DNA of 64,000 nucleotides from Balamuthia mandrillaris (lineage: Eukaryota): NCBI GenBank assembly GCA_031835245.2, contig JAVKOQ020000011.1:186001-250000 (forward strand), given 5' to 3'. The translations under genes and the position numbers were made by a program. This document shows positions 49,258 to 60,432 of the stretch, piece after piece. Numbering within the stretch: position 1 is the first letter of the stretch; every line of letters begins with the position of its first letter. The notes under the pieces are model-generated. The model did no database searches. It saw only the letters and a program-made list of their open reading frames with translations, and was not told where the DNA came from.

Positions 49258-51057
49258 ATGGTGGTAGTCAAGGTCATCAACGGGGAGGACATTCGTCGCC
49301 TCTCTATCAACGACAGCATCTCCTTTGAGGAGCTGAGGGACAAGATCAGGGGCATCTACGGTGGCAGCGAAGGCGAAGGGCTGCTGGGACCCTCCACCCC
49401 CTTCCTCGTCAAGTATACCGACGACGAGGGCGACCTCGTCTCCATCTCCTCCGACGGCGAGCTGGCCGACGCCCTCGCCTTGCTCCCTCCCAAGGCCATC
49501 CTGCGCCTCACCATCTTTCCTCAACCCACCCCTTCTCCTGCTTCCTCCTCGTCATCTGCTGCCACCCCAACCACCACTGCCTCTCTTCCTGCCGCTTCTA
49601 CCGCTTCTCAGACGTCACCTCAACCTCAGCCACAGCCGCAGCCTCAAAGCGCATGGTCGGTCACACAGAGTGCCACGCTTCCTGCTTCGTCGTTGGCCTT
49701 TCCTCCGTTGTCTTCTTCGAGCGTGGGGCAGCCCACTCCACCAGCCACCGCTCCTGTTCCTTCTCTTTCTTCTTCGTACACAAAAGGACTCCGCCCTCCT
49801 GCTTCGCTCACGCTGCAGCCTTCGACGGGTGGGAACGGCCTGCCACGCACCTCTCCTCTCTATGCCATGCTGCCTTGCCCTTATCCCTCTGCCTCTACTG
49901 AACAAAGACGCCACAACGCCAATGCTGGTCTCCTTCGCCGACATTCCGGACCCGTCCTGAGCTCGCGCAGGGAAAGGAGAAGGGGCGGGGGTGCCGCTGC
50001 CGGCAGTGACAGTTGGAGACAACCACAACCCCAGCAACCATCGCAGCAGCAACAGCAAAACCCGGCGAGCAAAACGGAGGCTGCATCCGGCAGATCTCGA
50101 GCCTCCAGCGAAAGTGCTGCACAACAACAAGAACAAAACAACAACAAATCCCAACAACAAGGTTCTCCCTTTCAGAATCTGCAGTCCAACCTACTGCATG
50201 CCAAGTACATGTGGAACCGCTTCCAACAAACGGCCAAGGAGCGCAACAAGTTCAACGCCCGCTTTGTCTGTGACGTGACGGTAGAAGGACAGAGCAAGTT
50301 CTATCCGGGACAAGCCTTTGTCAAGATCTGGCGGGTGCGCAACAGCGGGGAGACGGCATGGCCGGATGCCACCCGTCTCGTGCCCATCTCTGGGGATCAA
50401 TTAGGCCAAACCACCGAGGAGGGAGTCATCCTCCCTGGCTCAGGTCTGCTTCCAGGAGAGGAGGTGGATGTGGCAGTGGACATGGTGGCCCCTACCGCTC
50501 CCGGTAGATACATCTCTAACTGGCGCTTCGCCACTCCCTCTGGCGTTCGCTTTGGGCAGCGCCTCTGGGCCGACATCATCGTGGCGTTGAAACCGGAGGA
50601 CGAGGAGGTGGAGGACGAGGGCTTTACAGTTTTAGGACTTACCAAGGGAAAACTGCTGGAACAGCTGCAACAACAGAAGGAGAAAGATGAAGAACGAGAA
50701 GAAGAAGAAGAAGAGAACGAAAAAAAGGTGGTCAACGACGTTTGGGATGAACCTTCCAGTGAGAAAGATGAAGAGAAGGAGCAAACAGAACAGTCAGCGT
50801 TGAAGAAGCCTGCCACCATTAATGAGGATCCGAACCGAACGGATGTTCAACCTCAGCAGCAACCTGGGGAAGAGATCAAGACGGAAGAACAGGAGAAGCA
50901 GAACGACGACCCAGAGAATGTGTATAACGGGCCGTACCAGGAGCAGCTTACCAAGCTGGCGAGCATGGGCTTCAACGACCAAGCCAAGCTTCTCAGCCTG
51001 CTGAATAAGCACTCTGGCAACCTTCTTCTTGCGTTGCAAGACCTCCTATCTCTCTGA
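49258..51057 (+). CDS. NBR1: NBR1-like selective autophagy receptor (PB1 - FW - LIR - UBA), intronless
   Basis: PB1 'EDIRRL...KYTDDEGDLVSISSDGEL'; FW 'ARFVCDVTV...FVKIWRVRNSG...W...YISNWR...FGQRLWADI'; acidic LIR 'EDEGFTVL'; UBA 'QLTKLASMGF'. Confidence 0.9.
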   Translation: MVVVKVINGEDIRRLSINDSISFEELRDKIRGIYGGSEGEGLLGPSTPFLVKYTDDEGDLVSISSDGELADALALLPPKAILRLTIFPQPTPSPASSSSSAATPTTTASLPAASTASQTSPQPQPQPQPQSAWSVTQSATLPASSLAFPPLSSSSVGQPTPPATAPVPSLSSSYTKGLRPPASLTLQPSTGGNGLPRTSPLYAMLPCPYPSASTEQRRHNANAGLLRRHSGPVLSSRRERRRGGGAAAGSDSWRQPQPQQPSQQQQQNPASKTEAASGRSRASSESAAQQQEQNNNKSQQQGSPFQNLQSNLLHAKYMWNRFQQTAKERNKFNARFVCDVTVEGQSKFYPGQAFVKIWRVRNSGETAWPDATRLVPISGDQLGQTTEEGVILPGSGLLPGEEVDVAVDMVAPTAPGRYISNWRFATPSGVRFGQRLWADIIVALKPEDEEVEDEGFTVLGLTKGKLLEQLQQQKEKDEEREEEEEENEKKVVNDVWDEPSSEKDEEKEQTEQSALKKPATINEDPNRTDVQPQQQPGEEIKTEEQEKQNDDPENVYNGPYQEQLTKLASMGFNDQAKLLSLLNKHSGNLLLALQDLLSL

Positions 51058-51225
51058 TTCCTGTAGATAAATAACGCTTCCAAGAAAAGCAATTCTTTTT
51101 CGTCTTCCAGCCGTTGCCAGTCTCTTTCTCTTCTTTGTCTTTGAGACCCGAACTCACCCCTTCTCTTTTCTCTCCGGCATGCGCTGCTGCCTCGCTCTGG
51201 CCTTCTCCCTCTGTACATCTCCTGT

Positions 51226-51324
51226 CTCTCGTCCTATCTCCAGTCCTCTCGCTTAACCGGGCTCTCGTCCTGGCTCCTCTCCTCTCTCTCAACCGGGCTC
51301 TCGTCCTATCTCCTCTCCTCTCCC
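51226..51324 (+). repeat. ~36-bp tandem repeat, ~2.7 copies, intergenic
   Basis: ctctcgtcctatctccagtcctctcgcttaaccggg / ctctcgtcctggctcctctcctctctctcaaccggg / ctctcgtcctatctcctctcctctcc. Confidence 0.75.
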
Positions 51325-51512
51325 ATGGCTTTTCCAATCCCCTTTCGTAATGAAGGGCGAGCCGTTGATTTATTTGAACGACAACGACAGAGGATAGGTT
51401 TGTTTCAGGTATCAACCCCCCCTCCATCGGGCTGGTGGTTTGAAAAGTGACGAGAGAGAGAGAGAGAGGACACTGCTCCTGTTCTTTTTTCCCCCTCCAC
51501 ATTATTCACCAC

Positions 51513-54500
51513 ATGGAGAGCGACAAACCAACCGCCACCGAAACCAAAGAGAGCATGGAGGCCAAAGAGGGAGGGGAAGAGGAAACCACGCAGCAAACCC
51601 AGGAAGAAGGGGAAGCAGAGGGACAGGAGGTTGACGACGAGCAGCAGAAGCAGAAGAGAAAGACGTGCCCGCCCTCCTTTCCCTCCCTGCGTAAAGCCGG
51701 CCACGCCCCACCCAGCAGCGAGGACCAGAACCCGAGCCAGAGCGAGGAGGAGAAGCTGCATCAGCTGGAGATTGCCAAGGACTGGAGCCTGGAGGAGGCC
51801 CTCCTCAGCCGCTCCAAGATTCGCTCCAGCTTTGGCGCTCGCGCCAGCCCCGAGTGGTCCCCCTCTCCCTGCTGCTCCAAGCGTAGAGGAGGGGGCAAAA
51901 ACAGGAACCGGAACAAGAAAAACGGTTGCGGCGGCGGCAACAGCAACAACAACAGCAACAATAGCCACAGCAGCGCTGGTGGGGAGAATGAGGAGGCGAA
52001 CCTGCCGCCTCATAGAAAGCCGGACCCTCCGCTGTTGGCGAAGAAGAAGGAACCGGATAGCTCCAAGTTCCGCATTCTTCTTGGTAAACCTCTTCCTTTC
52101 CTCTTTCTTTCTGTTCTTTTTGAACGTTTCTTTCCTTCCCATTTGTTTCTTCCTCACTTTGTTGTTTCAACCATCGAAACAACAACTTAAGTTCGACACG
52201 GAGAGTCGTTGGCAAACGTGGACCCGTTGATACTCACAAAGATGTCGGACCACACCATTCCTCTCTCGGAGAGAGGCAAAGCTCAAGCCCAAGAAGTTGG
52301 TTCCTTTCTCAAAAAGTTTTACGAGGTATTGTGCCTCTCGCTTTTCCATTCTTTCGTCTCTTCTCTTCGTCTTCTCTTCCTCTTCCTATCGTTTTGTTCT
52401 ATCATTTCGTTTTCTGATGTGAGATAAACCAACAAACAAAAGGTGAGACCCCATTCAGGAAATGGCCACAAGAAGCTGTGGGTTAGCCCTTACAAGCGAA
52501 CTCGCGATACTGCCAAACACATTTGCAATGCATCTGGTAGAGAATGAAAAGAGCAAAGGGAGAAGGATGAACAAATGGAACCTCTTAACTCACCACTCAT
52601 TTCTTCTCCTTTGTCTCATCAACAGAAGTGTGGTTCGATGTGGAAGAATGCATTGTTCTGGGCGAGCAACAGTTTGGCCTGTTTGAGGGCATCAATGCGG
52701 AAGATATTGCCCAGATATACCCAAAAGAACACGAGCACTTTGTAAAAGGTAACTGTTGCTGCACATACAGAACGTGTGATTCAGCTTTATACTCAATGTA
52801 TCTTTGTTCTCTATTCTTTTTTGTAGCAATCAACTATGGCGGGAGGTTTTGGGCAAGAATGCCATTAGGTGAGAGCAGGTTTGATGTTGCTGTTCGGGTG
52901 AACGCCATGATACAATCCCTTTTTCAAGATCAATGCAATTATGGCATCGAAGTACGTCTCTCTCCCGGTCTCACTCGCTTACGTATAAACATTTTTTTGC
53001 TTGCAGGATGTTGTTATCGTTTCTCATGGCATGACGTTGAGAGCTTTTGCTATGATGTGGTTAGGTCGCACACCAGAGGTTATTCTCCTCTCTCCCTCCC
53101 TCCCTCCCTCTCTCTCTCTCTCTCTCTCTTACTCTTACTCTTACTCCTATTATTTTAGTGGTTAGAAAATGAACGGAATCCAGAGAACTGTTCCATACGA
53201 CTTCTCAAAGGCAGAGTAGACAAAGGTTACATTTTTGAGGGTTATTCAGCCAGAAAAGAGCCCATTCCTGTTGCTCCTTCTCCTTCTGCTCCTCCTTCAT
53301 TGTCGGTTTCTCCTGCTCCATTCCCTTCTTCGTCGTCTCCTGCTCCTTCTAAAGACCCAAGAACGAGTTACGAGTGGAAGCAACGGCCAAACTTGCCACC
53401 AGAAGAAAGGGAGAAAGTGAGGCAATCAGAACAAGAAGCAACAGACAAAGAAGGAGATGCGGAAAGAAGAGAAAAACAGAACAGCTGCATTCAAAAAATA
53501 ATGGAGACAGAAAAGAAAAGCGATGGAGGAAAGGAGAAAGAGAAACAGGAAGAAGAAGAGTATGAACAACCAAAGGAAGGAACAGAACCAGCGAACGAAA
53601 AAGTAAAGGAGGAAGAGAAAACGAAAGAGAAAGAAACAGAGAAAGACCAACAAGTTTTAGTGCCAGTTGGTAAGTTCTTTTCTCTTCATTCTCTCCCCTA
53701 CAGGAGATGGGAACGGAACATCGCAGTCACGTTTTGTTAACATACTCACTGAAACCAAAATAGGTCTTTTACAGGCTCTTCATGACAAACTTAATCATCT
53801 TGAACGGAAGATTCAAACAATGGAAAGCAATGTCACTTCCATTCGAGACAGTTTCGCAAGTCGCGTCTTTGTCGATAAGAACCCGAGTTTGTATCTCCTT
53901 TGTTTTTTTTTGTTTCAATTTAATGTTCCCGTTGACTAACGCCTTCCTCTTTTCGCAACAATAGCATGGATTCAACGCATTGACTGTCCAACATGGACCA
54001 CTCTCATCACGCGCAACCTGTGCCTGGCTCACAGAGGCCACATTACTGCCATGTCACATGGCACCGCTGTCACTGTCAACCCTGCATCGAACGGCAATCC
54101 TTGTCTAGACGTTGGCATCTTTGTCAATGGGGAGTTGTTTTCGCAGTATAGGCCAGAGTATGGTCATGGCACTGCCATCATGCATGGCAACTCCTGGGTA
54201 TGTATTGTTTACTTTTCGTCTTTCCTTGTCATTCCTTTCTTTCTTTCCTTTCTTTCGCCTTTTTGTCATTTCTGTCCATCTTTCGTATCCTTGTTCCGTT
54301 CTGCCTTCTTACCTTTCGCTCGTCGTTCCTTCATTTCCTTTCTTCTCGTTTCCTTTTCTCCTTATCTTTGTACTTTGCTTTTGCTTCCATGTTGCGTTCC
54401 TTCTCTCATTAACCAAACAAATCAACATATACACAGACGCCTGTGATGGCCATAGCAGCAATGGAGTTAGATTCAGGAAGCCACACGGTGGAAGTGCGGT

Positions 54501-54613
54501 GCAAAGTTCGCGGACAAACGCACGACTCCGTTTTCTGCCACTTCAACGGAGCTGTTCTTATCACAACCATCCATCCAGTTCTCAGCGAAGCAGTTTACAC
54601 TCGTTGCGATTGA
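51513..54613 (+). CDS. Histidine phosphatase (PGAM/Det1-like) with C-terminal coiled coil and beta-rich domain, ~9 exons
   Basis: RILL|VRHGESLAN, WVSPYKRTRDT, EQQFGLFEG, RMPLGESRFDVAVR, IVSHGMTLRAF, NPENCSIR. Manual splicing keeps the frame open to TGA 54613. Confidence 0.85.
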
Positions 54614-54725
54614 TGAACTGTTTATTTTTGTTTTGTTTTCTCTGTTCTGTTTGTTTTATTTTTTTCTTTCCGTTTCAAAATTAACTGTATTCTATTCTCA
54701 TGTCTCATATCTCTTCTTTCTTTTT

Positions 54726-54761
<36 letters not shown>

Positions 54762-54951
54762 GAGATCTCACTCATAATAGGAGAAACCGACCAAAATAGG
54801 ATACTAAGCGACGCGACGATTCAAGTAAACAACCTGAAGAAAGTCAAAAGAAGGAAAGGAGCGCACTTTCACCTCCAGGTACGCGTTCTCGTTCTCGATC
54901 TTCCTCCACATCTTCTTTCTTTAGTTCACTCAGCTAGCAACAAAGAAAGAG

Positions 54952-57900
54952 ATGAAAGCAACAGAAGAAGGCCCAAAAATGCCAACCCCTGAACTGCTAA
55001 GACGACCATCCGAGTGGCAGAGCGCAAGAAAAGGCTCTGAAGGAAGCCTGCGCTCCACGAGAATAGAGCTTCGGCAAAGCAGAGATCCCGAAAGACTACA
55101 ACAACGACCAAACATTGCCAAAACGACTGAGCAACTAACGAATTCAAGTCCGCTTGTAGTCACACGGAAGAAAGCAGACAGTGAAACGGAGGCTTCCTAT
55201 TCGCCGCAAGTTCGAAAAAGAGGTTTTTGTCTTCACATCCCTGATCTTCATTCTCCCTCTTCCTTCGAAGCTCCTTCTGTTCTCAGTCGGTCGGGAGACT
55301 CCGCCTTTAATAGCCACTTGATCAGCAAACACGATCCATTCTTCTTTGAGTATTTACCGCCTCGCCTGCGCAAAGAACAGCCAACAACGACTAACGGACT
55401 ACGGCAGAGACTTCTCTCGCGAGCGGAAGAGCTTGGAACTGCTTTGCCGCCATTCATGTCCGATAATACCGCTGCTTCGCCTTCTTCTTCTTCTTCTTCT
55501 TTTTCTTGTGCTTCTTCTTCTTCTTCTTCTTGTTCTTCTTCTTGTGCTTCTTCTTCTTCTTCTTGTTCTTGTTCTTGTTCTTGTTCTTCTTCTTCTTCTT
55601 CTTCTTCTTCTTCTTCTCCTTCTTCTTCTTCTTCTTCTTCTTCTCCCAACACTAGAAAGAACACTATGTCGCTACAAACGTTAACCAACAACAGAGAGAA
55701 AGAAAAAGAACTGCAACACAAAGAAAGAAAGTTAACGCCTTCTGAAAGTAGTACCAACCTCAAAGCACTGGATGTACAGCGACGCGAAAGCCAGAACAAC
55801 AATGTACAGCGAAGAGATATCGAACTGGAGGAAAAAAAAGAGGGCGAGATATGGTCGTTGCGAAAGGGCACTGGTGGAGGAGGAGCGCTGCCGGTGAGCG
55901 ACGAGGGCGTTGACGAAGGAAGATACTTGAAAGGAGCGACATTGCCGAAGCTTGTGGAGCGGCTAACCAGGCATGAAAGCGCCGGTACGGTTTTCCTATC
56001 TATTCGCTCAGTGTTTTAGTGTTTATGTTTGTTGCTCGCTTATCTTTCATGATGATTGTGCATACCACCAAAAGATTTGGAGTTCAATGCGACCTTTCTG
56101 TTGACGCATCAGACGTTTTGCAGCAGCTCTACCCTGGTCCGACTGTTGAAACAAAGATATCCTTTCTTTCAGTTGTTCATTTTTTAAAAGTTCTTTTCAA
56201 CTCCCCGCTTCTTGTTTAGTGCATAAGGTTTTTTTGTTTGCCTTAACCTAATGTGTTAACGTTTGAAGAAGCTGAGAAAAACGATGGCGATGTTAGTAAG
56301 ACACGAGCTATTCGTCTCCGGTATCATCCTCTCCTTACTTCACTCTCTTCTTTCTCTAACAATATTTAACAAAAAATAAATAGGATTTGTCATGTGCTTC
56401 ATATGTGGGTCGAAGAATACTTTGAAGACTTTGGAGAGGACGAAGACCTTTTGTTGGAACTCGTCAACAGCTTCTTAGGGAATCATATTGTTGACCCACA
56501 GCAACAAACAAACCTCAAAGACATCAAGGACATCAGCATCAACAACTCGCTCGCCAGTTTGCAATCTTTGGTACGCAGAAAGGTGGACCAATACTCCCAC
56601 AAACACAGCAATCAGCAACAACCGACGAACTCTTCTACCCTTCTAGCTTCGGGCTCTTTTAGCCTCAACTACGGCCACAACAACAATAACAACCACGACT
56701 TCAACTCACTTATCTTTGGAGTATCATTAGGAGCAAGTGAAGCAAGTGGAGGAGGAGATAGTACTTCAACCACAGCAATAACGAGACCTTTCTCTCCACG
56801 GTTGGTCGGCAAGTTTAAACACATTCGAACTCATGCCAGCGAGAGTCTCTACAAAGGAGGTCGACGGAACGCCACCAGGCTTCAAAAGAGCTTTTCTCTC
56901 ACCTCGATGCCCGTTACTTGGAATATGCGAGGCAAAAAACAGCGAATGTCGTCCATTAAAGACGCCACCAATCCCAACAAAAGCAATCATAGTACAAACA
57001 ATATCGACGAAGAAGCACTGAACATGGTAACGCTAAAACCAGAACTGACGTACTATAACGAAAGTTGGCCCCAACCAATGCTCTCCAAGGAGATTAAAGT
57101 AATTAGTAAAGCCTGGGACAGGCAGAGGAACAATACCAACAACGGTGGTCTTTACGGTGGTGGGCCAGAAGAAGAGGATGTTGTCAATTTGGGAGAAGGA
57201 GGATGGATGGGATTGCATCCGTTGGAGTTGGCTCGACAGCTGAGCTTGCTTGAAAGCAAAATCTTTCGTGCGATTCAACCCCGAGAACTTCTCGGTAAGC
57301 TATTTCTGTCTTTGTTCATCCTCTCTTTCTCTCTATCGCCTTCCACCATCCTCAAACACAATTTTTGCTTTTACCTTTGATTCTTCGTTCTTCCCGTGTT
57401 GCACTTCTTTTACTCTCTTCTGCACAGGACAAGGCTGGTCAAAAAAAGAAACTGCAGATCAACTGTCTCCGAATGTAAAGGCAATGATACAAAACTCGAA
57501 CAGGTTAGTGAAGGTTTAGCCCTGGAACACGGCACCCTGCTCCATCCGCCCCAACATTCATTTGTGAGTTTACTCACTTGTGTGATTTACAATCCATCAG
57601 AATAACGAGCTGGGTACAAACGGAGATCGTCAAATGCGCGGACGAGACGCAGCGCCGTGTAAGCATCATTCGTCGGTTCATTCGGATCGCTGAAGTCAGT
57701 TGCTTCTCGCTCTCTCATTTCTCTTCTCTTTCTCACTCTCGTTCTTCTTTGTGTGTTGTTTCTTTCTGTTGAACATTTGTCTTTGTTGTTTTTCACCAAC
57801 AAAAGTGGTGTGAGAAATTACACAACTTGAATGCGGTACTGGAAATAACAGCAGGCTTAAGTTCAGCCGCTATTCATCGGTTAAAAGAAACGTGGAAGGT

Positions 57901-58433
57901 TGTTCATCCCTTTTTGTCGCTATTGTTGTCGCTTGCTAAGTTTGTTTGACAAAACAAAAATATGCAGCTGGTTCCGAAGAAAGACATGCGTATTTATGAG
58001 CGGCTTAGAGCTTCTTTTGTGTCTGACAACAATTATAAGGCATATCGAGAGCTTCTTCAATCTTTCGAGTGCCCTCTCGTTCCTTATCTAGGTTCCTTTT
58101 ACCTTTTTTTCTTTCACTATCCCCAGTTCTTCTCTTTCCTGTACTTTGCTTCTTCTTTTCGCTTACTCTCTTGCCATCATGCTAACAGGGGTGTTTTTGA
58201 CGGATCTTGTGTTCATCGAGGAAGGCAATCCCGATTATTTAGAAGAGGGGTTCATCAACTTTGACAAACGAAGGAAGCTAGCCACCGTGGTGGCAGAGAT
58301 TCAACGGTGTCAAGCGATGCCCTACCGCTTTTACAAGGTTCCGGTCATTCAACAGTACCTCAGAAATGTGGAAGTGTTGACAGAGAACGCCCTTTTCAAG
58401 TGGTCTCTTCTCTGCGAAGGCAAAGTAAAGTAG
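54952..58433 (+). CDS. Ras guanine nucleotide exchange factor (REM + CDC25 domain), multi-exon, one U12 intron
   Basis: KGATLPKLVERLT, TFLLTHQTF, RLRICHVLHMWVEEYFEDF, LELARQLSLLE, NLNAVLEITAGLSSAAIHRLKETW, VPYLGVFLTDLVFIEEGNPD, INFDKRR. Confidence 0.93.
56157..56260 (+). other. U12-type (minor spliceosome) AT-AC intron
   Basis: 5' ATATCCTTT at 56157, branch site CCTTAAC at 56241-56247 and 3' AC at 56259-56260. Removal restores LLKQ-AG|G(R)-FEE in frame. Confidence 0.92.
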
Positions 58434-58483
58434 ATGTGCAAAATAATGGAGGTATAGTTACATGTTTCGCAACAAACAAAAAG

Positions 58484-60235
58484 TTACTGGCAGACACACT
58501 TTTTGCTTTCATCGTCATTCTCGTTACCATCGTCCTTTGTGGATGATGCCATCTTGCTTCTTTCTTCCTTCTTCGGGTCCTCTTTCGCCTTCTTCTCGTT
58601 GCTGTTCCTCTCCTGCTTCTCTTGTTGCAAGACAAGTATACGTGCATTACTTCCCCCTATAGCTAGACAATCATCTCCCCAAATAGCAAGAGAGGAACAA
58701 ACCTCATCCTCATCACTTTGCGATACCAACTCCTTTGCCTCTTTCTTCTTCTTTTCATCCTTCTTAGTCGTGCAGATGGCAGTAGTTAAAGCAAGGTGAA
58801 GAGAAGGATAGCAAGCCAGGCAATGACCATCACCATCCCAAACGCCTAAACTGTTCTGCGTCAGCAACCACAACAAGTCCTGCCATACACATGCTGCCAC
58901 AGTACTTCCCGTTTGGCCCCCTTTCTCCTTTATGTCCACCGATAAGATGCAAGAATGCTTCTTTTTTCTCTCCTCTCCTCCCTCTCTTTCATCTTCGGCT
59001 TCCCAACACTTGAGAAGACCATCGGATCTTCCACAGCTCCACAGAAGCTTTCGCCAAACCAAAACCACTACACAGAGATAACTATGCGCTTGCCACTTGT
59101 CCACACAACGTGGTTGTTGTTGCTTGTCGTCATCAACATTAACGCTCCATTGGGCGATGACGCCATCACGACAACCGCAAAACAGGTCTCCGTTCCAAAC
59201 GACCATGCAACCCACACCTTCTCCATGCACCAAAGCACTTCCGTTGTTGCTTATCATTGCCGGTGAGCCCCGTTCATCCCACAAACGAACTTTTTGGTCT
59301 TCAGCACCACTGGCCATAATCTCTTTTAGCTTCGCCCTTTCTTTCATCTTGTTGTGTTCCTCCTCTTTCTCCTTTTGTTTGTCCTCTTCTTCGTCACCAC
59401 CTTCTTCAGCATCTTCTTCGTCACCGTTGTCCACGTTCCACCGGCACAACGTGCGAACAGTCTCCGAGTGGGCTCTTTCAATGACGCGAGCCCTTGAGAA
59501 GGACCAACCGCTCTTTCCCTCCCTTTTGGTGCTGCGTATCTTACTCCAGAGGTGAATGCTACAGTCATTGCTGCCACACCACAACTGGTTGTTCCAAACG
59601 GCCAACGCCGTCACCCTCTTCTCGTGTTCCAAAAGGCCTTCCAGCTTTATCTTCAACGCCTTCCTCTTCTTCGTTTTCTTATGTTCTGTTGTCATGTTCC
59701 CTATTCTTCTCCTGCTTTCTTTGGGTCCTTCATTGCGTCCTTCACCTTCTTCTTCGTCTTCTACGTTTGCAGAGAGATCACTTCTGGACCAAACACGGAC
59801 AACGGCGTCTTCCCTCGGGATCCCCCTTTGCTCTTCCTTCTCAGCATAAAACAGGCCTCTGCTGCCGCCGCACGTGACCAAGAGCTCCCCCCACTGCAAC
59901 ATCCTCATCACGATGCGTGTGTGTCCTTCCAAGAGGGCAACTCTCCTCAAAAGAAGAGGTTCCACTTCCTCCACCTTCTCTCTGTTGCTGCAAACACCAC
60001 CAACAAGATTGGGAGGCAGCAAAAAGGGGGGAAGGCATCTTTGTCTCTCCCACAAGGATGAGCACAGCGGTTGCCACAGGAAAAGGCGCCAGGCCTGGGA
60101 GACCCTTGTGGCTGCTCGAAGACTGTCGCTGTCCAGAAAACCGAATATGTGAAGCACCAGTTCGGTGGGCAGCCAATCCCTTGGGTCCCGTAGCGTCGTC
60201 GTTCGGCTCTGTCCATTCGCTTTCGTCGAGTCCAT
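58484..60235 (-). CDS. F-box / WD40-repeat protein with C-terminal CaaX-like motif, intronless
   Basis: F-box 'WLPTELVLHIFGFLD...ATRVSQAWR'; WD40 repeats (LEGHT.., HEKRVTAL..GSNDCSIHLW, ASGAEDQKVRLWD); ends SKKCVCQ*. Confidence 0.88.
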   Translation of the reverse strand: MDSTKANGQSRTTTLRDPRDWLPTELVLHIFGFLDSDSLRAATRVSQAWRLFLWQPLCSSLWERQRCLPPFLLPPNLVGGVCSNREKVEEVEPLLLRRVALLEGHTRIVMRMLQWGELLVTCGGSRGLFYAEKEEQRGIPREDAVVRVWSRSDLSANVEDEEEGEGRNEGPKESRRRIGNMTTEHKKTKKRKALKIKLEGLLEHEKRVTALAVWNNQLWCGSNDCSIHLWSKIRSTKREGKSGWSFSRARVIERAHSETVRTLCRWNVDNGDEEDAEEGGDEEEDKQKEKEEEHNKMKERAKLKEIMASGAEDQKVRLWDERGSPAMISNNGSALVHGEGVGCMVVWNGDLFCGCRDGVIAQWSVNVDDDKQQQPRCVDKWQAHSYLCVVVLVWRKLLWSCGRSDGLLKCWEAEDEREGGEERKKKHSCILSVDIKEKGGQTGSTVAACVWQDLLWLLTQNSLGVWDGDGHCLACYPSLHLALTTAICTTKKDEKKKKEAKELVSQSDEDEVCSSLAIWGDDCLAIGGSNARILVLQQEKQERNSNEKKAKEDPKKEERSKMASSTKDDGNENDDESKKCVCQ

Positions 60236-60432
60236 CTTTCGTTTTTTTTTTCTTGGTTTGTTTGGCACGCAAAATATTTCAGTTATCCTAAGAATCTCAA
60301 TTACTTGAAACATCCTCTAAAATGTTAAACATCCAAAGAATTCAATACATTTTAAGTACGACAAAAATTTCAAACATTTTTGTCGACCGAAGAAAACAAA
60401 AAGAAAAAAGTAGCAGAACGCATCACACGAAA

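Noticed and set aside
56321..56383. Second possible U12 intron (gtatcatcct)
   Set aside because: The donor does not match RTATCCTT; treated as an ordinary GT-AG intron.
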